Assembly: GCF_963921235.1 (NCBI RefSeq)
Contig: NC_086097.1
Coordinates: 75,826,001 to 75,890,000 of the forward strand
From: Mobula hypostoma
Lineage: Eukaryota
Direction of reading: 5' to 3'
Length of the DNA stretch: 64,000 nt
In this document: positions 13,495-26,351 of the stretch, in pieces
Layout of the letters: each line of letters begins with the position of its first letter
Position numbering within the stretch: the stretch's first letter is position 1
The notes under the pieces: model-generated
The model's database searches: none
Seen by the model: only the letters and a program-made list of their open reading frames with translations
What the model was told of the DNA's origin: nothing
Translations under genes and position numbers: made by a program

Positions 13495-14275
13495 ACACTT
13501 AGGAGGCAGTGATCATAATATGATAGAATTCATCCTGCAGTTGGAGACGGAATAGATAAAGTCAGACGTATCAGTATTACAGTGGATTAAAAGGAATTAT
13601 AGAGGCATGAGAGAGAAGCTGGGCAAAGTTGATTGGAAGGGGACAGTAGCAGGGGTGATAGCAGAACAGTAACAGTTGGAGTTTCTGGGGGCAATTTGGA
13701 AGGTGCAGGATAGATATGTCCCAAAGATGAAGGAGTATTCTAAAGGAAGGATGGCACAACGGTGACAGACACAGAAGTCAAAGATGGCATAAAAGCAAAA
13801 CAGAGGGTATAGAATATAGCAAATATTTGTGGGAAGTCGGAGGATTGGGAAGTTTTTAAAAACCAACAGAAGGCAACTAAAGAAACCATAAGGAGAGAAA
13901 AGATGAAATATGAAGATAAGCTAGCCAGTAATATAAAAGAGGATACCAAAAGTTTTTTCAAATATGTAAAGTGTAAAAGAGGTGAGGGTAAATATTGGAC
14001 ACTGGAAAAGAGGGACTGCTTTTCACATTATATGTCGACGATTTAGATAATGGATTGATGGCTTTGTAGCCAAGTTTTCAGATGACACAAAGATGGGTGG
14101 AGGGGCTGGTAGTGTTGAGGAAACTGGGACTCTGCAGAAGGACTTGGACGGATTGGGAGAATGGTCAAAGAAGAGGCAGATGGAATAAAGGCACAGATTA
14201 TTTTCTAAATGGGGAGAAAAAATGAAAAGGGTGTGACACTGAGGCTTTATAAGGCATTGGTCAGATCACACTTTG
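13495..14275 (+). mobile_element. CR1 ORF2 fragments with internal deletions
   Basis: SDHNMIEF, FFKYVK, KFSDDTKMGG and LYKALVRSH motifs. Confidence 0.8.
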
Positions 14276-14779
14276 CAAGGGGGAGGGGTGATGCTTTGCT
14301 GCTTATGCATGGGAGAGGGGAGTGGGCTTTGGGTTCTAACGCTTTTCTGTCTTTCATTCTTTGGGGTTTTCTTCTGTTTTGTAGATGTCTGCAAAGAGTA
14401 AAAATTCAGAATGTCAAATTCAGACATTCAGTGGGGAGAGAGAAACAGTTAACTTCTCATTATTTGATATATGAGCTCTGTTTTTCTCTCCATAGTTTAT
14501 TCTAATGTTGTTTCTATTACTAAATGTCTAAATGTGGTGTAAATCTTCTGTCCAAACCTCGAATCAGTATTTAGCTTCCTTTGTTTCCATCTGTTTGTAA
14601 GGATAATCTCTTAATTAATTTGCAGTTTAGGACCTGGCTCAGTTTATGCCTTCTCCTCTGCAGTTACTGTTTTTAACTGCTATTCTTCATTAGCTATTAC
14701 TTTCGTGGTTTTCAAAATTTGCATTTTATTTTTACAATGCTTTTCTAAAAGTTGCCACTGTATAGCTCCACTACCTAAG

Positions 14780-14945
14780 TTTGAGCCTAACTCTGGTGCT
14801 GTCTGAAGATTTCTCATGTTTTCCCTGTCACTGCATGGTTCCTCTAGGTGTTCTGCTTTCCTACTTTGTGCCAAGTACATGTTGGCTGTTAAGTGTATTG
14901 TCTACTATAAATTGCCCCTGGTGTAGATGGGTGGTAGAGATATTG
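14780..14945 (+). mobile_element. V-SINE-like fragment
   Basis: catgttttccctgtcactgcatggttcctctaggtgttctgctttcct, a V-domain-like core. Confidence 0.55.
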
Positions 14946-16284
14946 GGGGAGACATGAAAGGATTCTTAATGGGCAAGTCAGAAAGAATAGGGAAATAGTG
15001 GGAGTTTGGGATTCATGACTTGTTCTGAATGGCTGCTTCTTATGTTATGAGAATCTATCATCTTTTCTCCCTCCAGGGGTACAAAGATGTAATTTTCTGT
15101 CAAATCTGGAATCGGTTTCCCTACACTTGTGTGGTCAAATAGTCTTTGGTCTAACTTCTGCCTCAGCTCAGTGTCAAGAGCACTTTAGTTATAGTTACCA
15201 AGATTAACCTTGATCTGGAGTTCTTTATCTTCTACAATCCCAGTTTCACCATCCATACTACACAATTTTGATTAACTGTTGTCCATGCCTATAGTGGTAC
15301 TACTGTTCAGTAATGTTCCCATATATGCTGAATTGCTAATATATCACTAAAGGTTCAGCTACTTTTTAGTAACTACTAGTTTTCCAAGTTGCAGTTTCCA
15401 GCTTATTTTTCTCATTTATTCTGTTGTACAGGAGAAGTATCTATACCTGTTCTGAAACGGATAATTATACTTTGCTGTATTGCTTTTTAATATGCATATT
15501 TTGGTTCATGCACATTGCTTGCAATTTATCCATCCTTAATTCTTCTTAAAGTGGTAGTGAATAAACTATCCTGTCTTCATTTTCCTACACTTTGCTGCTT
15601 ACATAAATGACTCAAATGGTCTTCAGTTTTTACATTCATAAAAGTTTCCTATTTCCAGCATTGCAAAGCTCTGGTTTTATCTCCCTTACTGCATGACTCA
15701 ATTGTGGAGATAAAATGGTGTCAACTCCTGCAGACTTGAAGCTGCCCGTGTTTTATGTTAAGTAGTGCTGTTAATTTCATTTAACATTTAGTGACACGAT
15801 GTATTAAGTACAAAAATAAGGATTGGAACCATGAATAGCCTTTAGTTATTAATATGTTTCCAATGTAACTAACAAGTTTTTCAACCTGGCATTTGAGGGT
15901 TGTACTATTGTGTTTTGTTGCAAAAACTCATTTGTTTCACTAATGGTCATCAGAAGAAATATCTGCAAACCTTAACTGATTGTGATTTTTAAACTCACGA
16001 TATTGTGCTTAACTCTCAAATGTTCTGGAATAAGCAGCTTTGCTATCATTTAATTCTTGGGAAATTAGGGGTGGCTAATTAATGTTGGCCTAAACTGAGT
16101 GCCAAAGCAAAGTAATATTTTGACAGTGGGAGTAGAAGATTAAGCTAGTGGTATTCAAAAGTCAATATATGTTTCATATCAGCATAAATCACGTTTGTTT
16201 TCTGGGCTTATTTTTGATGACAATGATTGTATGATCATTTAGAAAATGTGGAAAAATTAAAAAATAGGCTTTTGCTTTTCTTAG

Positions 16285-16452
16285 GCAAATACAGACAAAA
16301 TGGCAAAAGTCTATCAACCAAAAAGGCAGTCTTTATCGTTGATGTCAACCATAACCCTGGCTCACCTCCTGGCTGCGCGTGAGGACTTGTCCAAAATCCT
16401 GAAAACCAGCAGTGGTTCCTTAAGAGAAGGAACATCCTGTGCCATTAACAAG
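16285..16452 (+). CDS. FAM98B: FAM98B coding exon (approx. exon 7), 168 nt
   Basis: ttttcttag|GCA...AAG|gtaggg; ANTDKMAKVYQPKRQSLSLMSTITLAHLLAAREDLSKILKTSSGSLREGTSCAINK. Confidence 0.97.
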
Positions 16453-17315
16453 GTAGGGTTATTTGCATTTGAACACGTATCTATTTTTGACTCTGGATAG
16501 CATTTATTGAAATGATGTCATTTTTCATTTGGCGCTGTTTCCACATATGACTCTTGCAGTGTCAGCGGAAACATCAGAACTTTTGCAAGTCAGTTAACGT
16601 TCAGGGAAAGATAAATCATATTTAGCATAATTTAGGGTATTTGTATATTTTAAAGCAAATGTCAAATCACTGCACACATAGGCACGATTTTATTTTGAGA
16701 GTGTGAATAACTATTTTCTGCATTTGCGGCATGTGCTTGTGACTGAGCATTTCAAACCTACTTGATGTTGAACCTTGTATAGCAAAGAAAGGATACTGCA
16801 TTAAAGCTACAGAATCTTAATGTCATAAAGCTAAACGACGGCATATTTGGAATCCTTCTGTTATTCCTGGGTATCCCGGCAAGTGATTTTAGTGCTTCTA
16901 ATGAGAAGAAAGCTGAATTTTATGTTTTGCAGTGAATTTGGGATTTGATTAAATACCAAGCGATATTGCTATTGTACTGTGCTACATGCAGCGTTATGGG
17001 TCATTAGTATTTATTCATCCTGACAAGTCAAAAGTTTCAAAATGCAGTTGAATTATCAGTGTGAAGAATTTCACCATGTAGTTTTAAAAGAAAATGGTAA
17101 TCCAACAGAGGTAAAAATTAACTGGTCAGGACAAGGTTTGGATTTCCTTTAGCTCAGAAGTAACTGCATGTATTTTAGTTGAAACAACAGTCATTTTTCC
17201 TGGATGATTGTGAGTTAATAAATTCTATCCAGTATCCTTCTGAGCAGGGCAAACAGACAAACTAAATATCTGCACGTTATACATCAGTGAGGAGACCTGC
17301 TGGTTCTTGTATGAT

Positions 17316-17744
17316 ACTTTATTGTCGCCAAACAATTGATACTAGAGCGTACAATCTTCACAGCGATATTTGATTCTGCTCTTCGTGCTCCCTGGAGTAC
17401 AAATCAATAGTAAATATTAAAAATTTAAATTATAAATCATAAATAGAAAATAGAAAAGGGAAAGTAAGGTAGTGCAAAAAAGAACCCAGAGGCAGGTCTG
17501 GATGTTTGGAGGGTACGGCCCAGATCCAGGTCAGGATCCGTTCCGCATTCTTATCACAGTTGGAAAGAAGCTGTTCCCAAATCTGGCCGTATGAGTCTTC
17601 CAGCTCCTGAGCCTTCTCCCGGAGGGAAGAGGGATGAAAAGTGTGTTGACTGGGTGGGTCGTGTCCTTGATTATCCTCGCAGCACTGCTCCAACAGCGTG
17701 CGGTGTAAAGTGAGTCCAAGGATGGAAGATTGGTTTGTGTGATG
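17316..17744 (-). mobile_element. young Rex1-like LINE 3' end
   Basis: LPSLDSLYTARC...HP.NTLF.PLPSGRR...NSFFPTVIR; close reverse complement of 27817-28248. Confidence 0.88.
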
Positions 17745-18252
17745 CCATCAGGAAAATACTTGAAGGACAAACAAGATAGAAATTGGTGAAAACTGGAGAG
17801 AATGGGAAATATTAAAAGGAAAGAAGTAAATGAAGTTGAGAGATTGAATTACAAAGGGGGGAGAAAAGGAAAGAGAAATCAGGCAAAAGTGTGTGCTGAT
17901 TTAAGATTTAGGACAAATCTCACATACTTAACAGGTTTAAAAATACATTTTTTTCAACCAGGTTGTTGGAGAGCACAGCTGATTCCTCTCTGGAATTCAG
18001 TTGAGCAATTTTACTTATGGTTTGCAAATTGTGACTTCATATGCTCTCATATGCATAACTGAGCAGATAGAACATGATGCCTCTTGGTGTTGGTGAATTT
18101 TTCAGAGACCTCAAATGAAGTTACGTGGTGAAGTAATTTCTTTCTAAATTGCCATGCTCGTTTTTGGTACATATAACATGCAACTGGTGGCACATGCAGT
18201 TTCTGGACCATTAATATTTTGTTTACCTCAGACCCATCAGTGAAATTATTAA

Positions 18253-18408
18253 GCAACACACATCAAAGTTGCTCTTCCTTCAGTTAGTCCTGACGAAGGG
18301 TCTCGGCCTGAAATGTCAACTGTACCTCTTCCTAGAGATGCTGCCTGGCCTGCTGCGTTCACCAGCAACTTTGATGTGTGTTGCTTGAATTTCCAGCATC
18401 TGTTATTT
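18253..18408 (+). mobile_element. mini PLE 3'-end insertion with 14-bp TSD
   Basis: agtgaaattattaa at 18239-18252 and 18409-18422; 5' inverted piece gcaacacacatcaaagttgct; hammerhead-like motif at 18286-18321. Confidence 0.88.
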
Positions 18409-18760
18409 AGTGAAATTATTAATGTCTTTTTGTTAGATTGGTTTTTGACTAGAGTGCTGGAAACATCTGAAAGACTGCCTCAGAGAGTCATGGAAGCTGC
18501 TTCACTGACAGCATTTAAGAAGTATCTAAAATGAGTACTTAAATCATCTAGGCATTGGAAGCCACTAATCAAGTGTTGGTAGATTGGATTAATATAGATA
18601 GTTACATTCTAGCTAGTGTGTACACGGTGAGCCAAATGGCCTATTTCCATTTTGTATGACTATGATTTTGTTATATTATGACAATATTAGGCAAATAATT
18701 AGTACTCTCTGTATGGATAATCATCGATGTAGCTAACAAAACAGTTTAAATGTGTAGTTT

Positions 18761-21368
18761 CTCTCTCAGATCCCACCACCAGCTCTTGGGCCCTCGGAAA
18801 CTCCATCTTACTCTCACCCCACCATCCCTGAATACCGTAACCTCCTTTCTCCTCTAACACCATCCCTGAATACCATAACCTCCCTTTTCCCCCTCTGAAC
18901 CCAGCCCTCAAATGTTCTGGGTCTTCACTATTCCCACCAACCTTCCACAGCTCAGTGAATTCTGCGCCCTCCATGACAGTGAGCTTTTCTCCTGCCACCT
19001 CTGTCTCTGAGCTTACTTCTTTGGCAAGGACTCTCTACCCCGCACCGATGACCCCTTCTCCTCTTAGTGGATACCCCGTCCTGGCCTTCTGTCTGCTCTG
19101 GACCTTTTCATTGCCAACTCCTGACGGGACATCAATTGTCTTGACTTCAACACTTCTCTCTCCAATTCCAACCTCACTCCTTCCTAACGCTTTGCTCTCC
19201 ACTTCTTCCGCACTAATCCTAACCTCACCATCAAACCTGCGGATAAGGGTGGGGGTGGTGCTGTGGTAGCCTGGCATGCTGACCTCTACCTTGCTGAGGC
19301 CCAGCGACAACTCTGAAGACACCTCCTCTTACTTATTGCTTGAGCAGGACCCCACTAAGGAGCACCAGGCCATTGTCTCCCACACCATCACCGACCTTAT
19401 TAGCTCTGGGGATCTCTCATCTGCTGCCACCAACCTCATAGTTTCCACATCCCACACTTACTGTTTCTACCTCCGACCCAAGATCCACAAAACCGCTTGT
19501 CCAGGTAGACCCATTCTTTCAGCTTGTTCCTACTCCACTGAACTCATATCTGCATACCTCGACTCTGTTTTATCCCCTCCCCCCAGTTTTGTCCCTTCCT
19601 ATCTACTTCCTTGACGCTTCACACACTCTGGGTCTTTTCAGTGATTTCAAGTCTTCCAGCCCCCATCATCTTATTTTTACTATGAATGTCCAATCCCTAT
19701 ACATCTCCATCCCCCACCAGGAAGGCCTCAAAGCTCTCTGTTTCTTTCTGGACACCCCCGCCATGCACCATTCTCCTCCATCTAATGGAACTTGTTCTCA
19801 TTCTTAATGATTTCTCCTTTGGCTCCTCCCACTTCCTTCAAACAAAAGGTGTAGCCTTGGGCACTCGTGTGGGTCCCGGCTATGCCTGCTTTTTTTGTCA
19901 ACTACTTGGAACAGCCTACACTGGTGGCCGTTCCCCACTTTTCCTACGCTACTTTGATGACTGCATTGGTGCTGCTTCCTGCACCCATGTGGAACTCGTC
20001 AACTTCATCCACTTTGCCTCCAACTTCCACCCTGCCCTCAAATTTACTTGGTCCTTTTCCGTCACCTCCCTCCCCCTTCTCGATCTCTCTGTCTCTATCT
20101 TCTGACGTCTACTATAAACCCACTGACTGTCACAGGGGACTATATCTCCTCGAATCCTGGTACTTGTGAAAATGCTAACCCTTTCTCTCAATTCCTCAGT
20201 TCCTGCCACATCGGCTCTCAAGGTGAGGCTTTTCATTCCAGAATGAAGGAGATGTCCTCCTCCTTCAAAGAAAGAAGCTTCCCTTCCTCCACCAGCAATG
20301 CTGCCCTCAATTGCATCTCTACCATTTCACGTACGTCAGCTCTCACCCCATCCTTCCGCCACCCTACTAGGGATTAGGTTCCTCTTGTCCTCACCTACCA
20401 CCCCTGCAGCCTCCGCGTCCAGCACATAAGTCTCCACAACTTCCACCATCTCCAATGGGATTCCACCACCAAGCACCTTTCCCTCCCCCCACTTTCTGCT
20501 TTCCACAGGGATCACTCCCTACGCGACTCCCTTGTCCATTCATCCCTCCCACTGATCTCCTTCCTGGCACTTACCCTTGCAAGCAGGACAAGTGCTACAC
20601 CTGCCCCTACATCACCTCCCTCACTATCATTCAGGGCCCCAAATAGTCCTTCCAGGTGAGGCGACACTTCACCTGTGTGTCTTTTGGGGCCATATACTGT
20701 GTCCGGTGCTCCCAGTGTGGCCTCCTGTATATTGGTGAAACCCGATGTAGATTGGGAGACCACTTCGCCAAGCACCTACGCTCCATGTGCCGGAAAAAGT
20801 GAGCTCTCCCAGTCGCCACCTATTTTAATCCCACTTCCCATTCTCATTCCGATATGTCTATCCATGGCCTCCTCTACTGTCGCGTTGAGGCCATACTCAG
20901 GTTGGAGGAAGAACACCTTAGATTCTGGCTGGGTGGCCTCCCAATCTGATGGCATGAACTTCAATTTCTTGAACTTCCAGTTATGCCCCCCTTTCACCAT
21001 TCCCTGTCCCCTTTTCCCTCTCTCACCTTATCTCCTTGCTTGCCCATCAGCTCCCTCTGATGTTCTTGCCTTTTCTATCTTCCATGGCACTCTGTCCTCT
21101 CCTGTCAGATTCTCTCTTCTCCAGCCCTGTACCTCTATGACCATTCAACTTTCCAGCCATTTACTTCTCCCCTCCCCCCACCTTTTAACTCTGCTCCTCA
21201 TTTTCTTTCCTCTCCTGCTGAAGGGTTTTGGCCTGAAACGTCGACTGTACTCTTTTCCATAGATGCTGCCTGACCTGCTGGGTTTCATTGTATCAACAAT
21301 ACACCAGTCAAAGCATCTCCAGCATTTTCTGTGTGTTGCTTGGATTTCCAGCATCTGCAGATTTTCTC
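18761..21368 (+). mobile_element. Penelope-like retroelement (Neptune-like), 2.6 kb, decayed RT + GIY-YIG
   Basis: IKPADKG, FYL.PKIHK..CPGRPI, GVALGTRVGP.YA, FLRYFDD, TYPCK..KCYTCPY and LYIGET motifs; 15-bp TSD ttaaatgtgtagttt at 18746 and 21369. Confidence 0.93.
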
Positions 21369-21738
21369 TTAAATGTGTAGTTTGGAGGGTTGGATGAAAT
21401 CCAGGAAAAATTGCCATTGTTATGTTTTAAGTTCAATACAAATATTCCAATGCATTTGTACCCACAACTGTCATGTACATTTTTTCTATTCTTTGCCGTT
21501 GGTTCTGTGGCAGTATAAAGGTTCTCTCTTGTCTCCTTCGTACTTACTCGAGGCTGAACTGAGGCTATCAGCAATTTGTTTTGGCTTCTGTTTTGCTTTC
21601 TTTAGCTCCAAGTCAATAATTGACTTTGACCAGGGTATTGTTGATACACTGATTACTGCTCTAAATTATTTAAATTATAGAAAACCCTCTCTTTGCTATC
21701 TTAAAAACAGAATTCATTTGTGGCTTTTTGTTTTGCAG

Positions 21739-22245
21739 GTTCTGATGGGGAGAGTGCCTGACCGAGGAGGTAGGCCATCTGAAATAGAAGCACCACCACC
21801 AGAGATGCCACCATGGCAGAAGAGACAAGATGGCGGGAGAGGTGGATTTGGTGGTGGAGGTGGTGGTCGTGGTTGGGGTGGTGGACAAGGAGGTGCAGGT
21901 GGCAGGGGTGGTGGAGGAAGAGGTGCACAAGGGGGAGGAGGTGGTTCTTGGGGGGGTGGAGGTGGTGGCTATGGGGGTGGCCAAGGAGGTGGAGGCTGGC
22001 GAGGTGGCCAGGGAGGTGGTGGCTATGGAGGTGGCCAGGGAGGTGGTGGCTATGGAGGTGGCCAGGGAAGTGGTGGCTATGGGGGTGGCCAGGGAGGTGG
22101 TGGCTATGGAGGTGGCGGTTACGGAGGTGGCCAGGGAGGTAGAGGTGGGAGAGGAGGGTATGGGGGAAGAGGAGGTTATGGGGGAAGAGGAGGGTATGGA
22201 GATACAGGAAACTATAGTGGACGAGGAGGTTATGGGAGATACTAA
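21739..22245 (+). CDS. FAM98B: FAM98B last coding exon with Gly/RGG-rich tail
   Basis: ttttgcag|GTT CTG ATG GGG; VLMGRVPDRGGRPSEIEAPPPEMPPWQKRQ, then GGGGYGGGQ and RGGYGG repeats to TAA at 22243-22245. Paralogue assigned by sequence and by RASGRP1 adjacency. Confidence 0.96.
   Translation, partial: VLMGRVPDRGGRPSEIEAPPPEMPPWQKRQDGGRGGFGGGGGGRGWGGGQGGAGGRGGGGRGAQGGGGGSWGGGGGGYGGGQGGGGWRGGQGGGGYGGGQGGGGYGGGQGSGGYGGGQGGGGYGGGGYGGGQGGRGGRGGYGGRGGYGGRGGYGDTGNYSGRGGYGRY
21958..22200 (+). repeat. coding tandem repeats: 27-nt (GGGGYGGGQ)n, then 18-nt (RGGYGG)n
   Basis: ggaggtggtggctatggaggtggccag-type units, then agaggagg(g/t)tatggggga units. Confidence 0.9.
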
Positions 22246-22653
22246 ATGGACATGACAATTCGTTCAGAATACCTGCATTAACTGTTGACTCTTAGAGCTA
22301 CACTGTTTGCAATCAGTGCAACAGAGAAGATTGTACCTGTGGCTAGAATGATTTTATCGACCCAAGATCAGAAAATTACAGCATTCTGTTATCCTTTAGG
22401 GTACATGAATGGTAAAGGACTTCTTAAATAGTTATGCATACATGGTACATATTGTTTACTATCGAAAACAAGAAACATTTTTTTACTTTCATTGAAAATG
22501 TTCATTGTACAAACGTCCTTTTTTATGAGAATGTGATTATTAAAATTATTTTACTGTGTAAATGCTAGAAGGCTATGAAAAACTGTGAGCAGTTGAGATT
22601 TTCTAAATTACTATAAAGATTTTGGCCATGTAGTAATTAAAAATGAACTAATT

Positions 22654-23575
22654 AATAAATGGAGTTTTGTTTTGAAATTTAAATATGCATGGATGATTTG
22701 GTGAAATTCTTAGTGCTTCATTAACACAATTAGGATCCTTGCCTGTCAACATGGTAAAGTGTTGGATTTCAGGTGAATTTATAAATACTGAATGCCTACC
22801 ATCCACACAATGAGTTCCTTGGGTCTGACCTGTTTGCAGGTTGGAATGCTCTATCACATGAATAAAATACTTTTTTCCTTTATAAGTAGAAACAACGTTC
22901 ATGGTATTCAACAAAAATGAGACCTCTACTTGCCTGCAGATTTTGTAAATTTCATGTATAATGAAGAGTGGGTTGATTTTCTCTGCATGTATAATTTGGC
23001 CTTAAACAAATGGCCATTAACACCAGAGTAAGTGCATGTTTCCACTTCAGAACTGCATTCAGCTATAGTTTTAACAAAGAAAACAAATTGCCTAATTATC
23101 TGCTTTTATCTGTGATTTAGATTAGTACATCAGTTACAGGTTTGACAGGTGAAAAGGCACCTAATTGTTTCCAACTGACTGACATCATTGTCCTTTTGTA
23201 CATATTTCACGGTTCAATTTGTATCCCTTCAGCATTGTAGTGCTTTTAAAAATCTGTAACTGCTACCCCCCACAACTCACCCCAGTGAAGACGTGCAGTT
23301 CCAAAATCATCCAAAAGGTGGACTGCTTAGTATTTTAATGAGAAAGTTATAAAATATCATTGTGTTGTTAGTTTACTGATGATAAGTGGATGTGGATGCT
23401 ATAGGAAATCTCTTTTATATATGGTTTTTTTAAAAAATGGCATAGATTTCTGATTTGTTGTCCAAGTAACATTGATTTAGTATTTCTTGTTGCTACTGGT
23501 TAGGTGAATTGAGTTTCAGGATTCACTTATAGATATATGGAATATACAACTCAATGTAAAGACTGTGGAAATAAA
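22654..23575 (+). promoter_or_regulatory. candidate FAM98B polyadenylation signals
   Basis: AATAAA at 22654, 22861 and 23570 in AT-rich sequence after the stop; which one is used cannot be read from sequence. Confidence 0.45.
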
Positions 23576-25119
23576 AAGATACTTAAAATCACTGAAGAAT
23601 TACATGCGTGCATGGATATTTCCAGAATGTATGAATGATCTTACTGCATACAAGCAGGTTATTGCAGCAAAATAGACAAGCCTGACCCCTATAAGCAAGC
23701 TATCTTCTGGGGGGCTCAGAACTGTAGCTGACAAATACAGTATGTTCTCAATGCCAGCCTGAATGCTCCTTCTCACTGGACCAGGGATTTGAGAGAGTTG
23801 ATGGAGATGTTACTTCCTTCAAGAAAACTTTGATGACATCCTTAGCACTTTGCTCCAACCACCTGGTAATCTCCTGTCACGATAGAGTTTGGAATAGAAG
23901 TATGTATATTTCTAAAGTTTGGTGTTAGGCATGCAGATGTGGTGTGGTCTGCCCTTTGGAGGCAACTGAGTGTGATTAGGCCCAAAGTGCTGGTCATATT
24001 GACCTGGGGGAGTATGCTGATGTTGTTAGACTGGCCTAACAGTGGATTTGGAGAATCTTGTGAAGATGGTTGTTGTGGTATCTTCCCAGTAATTTAAAGT
24101 GCTTACTGTAGGTTGTCTTAGTTTTGAAATAGGAGGGCACAAATTACTGTTGCTTGATAGATTATGATCTTATGGAAGTGTTAAAGTTTTAATTTTCAAG
24201 CATATTTGCAGGTGGAGAAAGATGTTGATTACTGAAGATGTTAGATTGATGTCTGTCTTTGCTGAGGGACAGCACTTGAGATATGGGAAGTAATCAGTGT
24301 CTTCCACTGTCGAATTGTGGATTTTATGTGGAAAGGCAGTGTAATGCACTGGGAACAGATAAGTAAAGAACCATTATTATTTGAGTGTCAAGAGTATTCT
24401 CTCATGCTTCCATGAACTTGTTAATGGTGGCCTTGGTGCTGCATCTCCAAACCCTCATATGCATATTGCAGCTGAAGTTGTGGTTCTGAAGGGACAGTGG
24501 GCAGCTATTAAGTAATTCAATTTTGAGGCTTGAAAGATGAGCAGCCTTGTTTGGCACCTTCCTGCTCTGAGATTGGGTCTGATTTTAATGTGTTGGTTAA
24601 GATCATGGTTTCTATTGCCATGATGAAACAAACGCACATGGTTCAAGTGACAGTCTGTGAAGACAAATTTCTGTACACAACCGTAACTGATAAGGAAGCT
24701 TCACAATGACAGAATCAAAGCCTTGTGTGAGGTCAAAAAAGACAATGGGGTTTAAAAAGTCTGTGCTGTCTCTGCATCAGTGAGTAGGGTATTTGCGACT
24801 TGGTGCTACTGACAACATTGTCCATCACTTTGTTGATGATTGAGAAGGTAATTAACCCAATTGACCTTTTTGTAAATTCTAGGGTTATTGAATTGCCTGA
24901 ATTTAAATTCTCCAGCTGCCAGAGTGAAATTCAAACTATTGTCACTGGAATAATGGTTCAAAACACAAGCTGCCAGTCTTGTAATTTAGTCATTGTTGAA
25001 CCATTTATCAGATAAACAGTTGTCAGGTCACAAATTTTGAACACCCACCCAAAATTTACCTCAGCACTGAAACACTTCTGCTGAATCAGTTTGTCACTCT
25101 GACCAACTCACTTTATCAC

Positions 25120-25900
25120 AATAGAACACAACACAGCAATAGGCTCTTTGGTTCATGATATCTGTGCTAGCTATGATCTAAATGTGTTCATTCTCTGCTT
25201 GTTCGTGTGCTGATGCCCCTTAGAAGTTGCTGTCGTATCTGCTTTCACCACCTCCCTGGCAGCAACCAGGCACCCACCGTTTTTGTTATTTCTGTAAAAT
25301 AAGTAACTTGCCTTGTAAATATCCTTTAACATATTCCCCCTAACCTTAAAGTTATTTTCCCAACCTTAAAGTTATGCCTTTCATTTTCTGCAGAGTGCCA
25401 CTTGTCACAGACATCTATATAGCATACCTGCACCTCTACCATGTTCTCTATGGCCAAACCAATTTTGAATCCAGTCTACAAAGTCACCAAGTATTCCATG
25501 TGATTTAATCTTTTGGCTGAAGGACCTTTTTGAATATTTTACTAAATCCATGCTTACATTATTGCAATACCCTCATCAATCATCTTTGTCACCTCCTCAA
25601 AAGTCTCAGTTGAAGTTCATAAGACAAAACCTGCTCTGCAGAAAGCTGTAAAAAGGTCATGTATTTAGCAAATGTGAAAAAATTCTATCCCTAAGAATCT
25701 TCGCCAATAATTTCCCTACCACAGATGTAAGTTTCATCAGCCTAGAATTTGCTGGATGATCTCCATTGCCCTTCTTATACGAGGGAACAACATTGGCTAT
25801 TCTCCATTTCTCTGAGACTTCACCGTAGCTAAAGAGGATGCAAAGATCTATCAAGGCCCCAGCATCCCTCCTTTTGTCTTTCTAAGTAACCTGGGATAAG
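25120..25900 (-). mobile_element. CR1 fragments
   Basis: ORF 25657-25854: WRIANVVP.YKKG...LTSVVGKLL..ILRDRI. Confidence 0.75.
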
Positions 25901-26258
25901 AAAATTCAGTGCAAATATCAGCAAACCTTCTCAGCTTTGGCATGGTTCAATTGACAGTCTGCAATCCTAAAATGTGGGTATCTAGCTGAGACTTGTGACC
26001 CAGATGATCATTGTTAAACTGCTCTGGAAACTGTTACCTATTCCTAATCAGCAAGGTTGAACAGCTTCCTCCTCTGCCTCAAAAAGTTCCGTGAGTTATC
26101 TTGGAACTAATAGATTACCAATAATGAGCCGTGAGACAACCTGCCTCTAGTCACATTGCCTAGAGAAGGCTCTGCTCTTTAGTCTACTTGATAACCACCC
26201 TCAGCACAGAGAAAGTCCAAGCCTCCAATACAGCAACAAGTTCACAAAAAGGTCTAAG

Positions 26259-26351
26259 CAAGGATTCTCAACCTGTAACCTCTCAAACTGGGTCCAGGGA
26301 ACCCCTCAGGTAATGTTAGGATCCATGGCATAAAAAGGTTGGGAGCTCCTG
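26259..26351. mobile_element. hAT-type MITE (~93 bp)
   Basis: Imperfect TIRs caaggattctcaacct / aggttgggagctcctg; flanks gtctaag / gtctaaag resemble an 8-bp TA-centred TSD. Confidence 0.6.

Noticed and set aside
21373-21738. Upstream part of the 290-aa ORF as a single-exon gene
   Set aside because: Only the part after the acceptor at 21739 resembles FAM98B; the rest is an intronic open frame
21958-22140. CRISPR-like array or prokaryotic system
   Set aside because: The repeats have no unique spacers and lie in a spliced vertebrate exon; nothing in the window looks prokaryotic
21670-22258. Trp/Arg-, Val/Glu-, His- and Thr-rich ORFs
   Set aside because: Alternative-frame and antisense shadows of the Gly repeat
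23750-24840. Possible further ancient LINE remnants (also ~61870-62350 and ~63230-63560)
   Set aside because: Too decayed to assign a family or limits without a repeat library search
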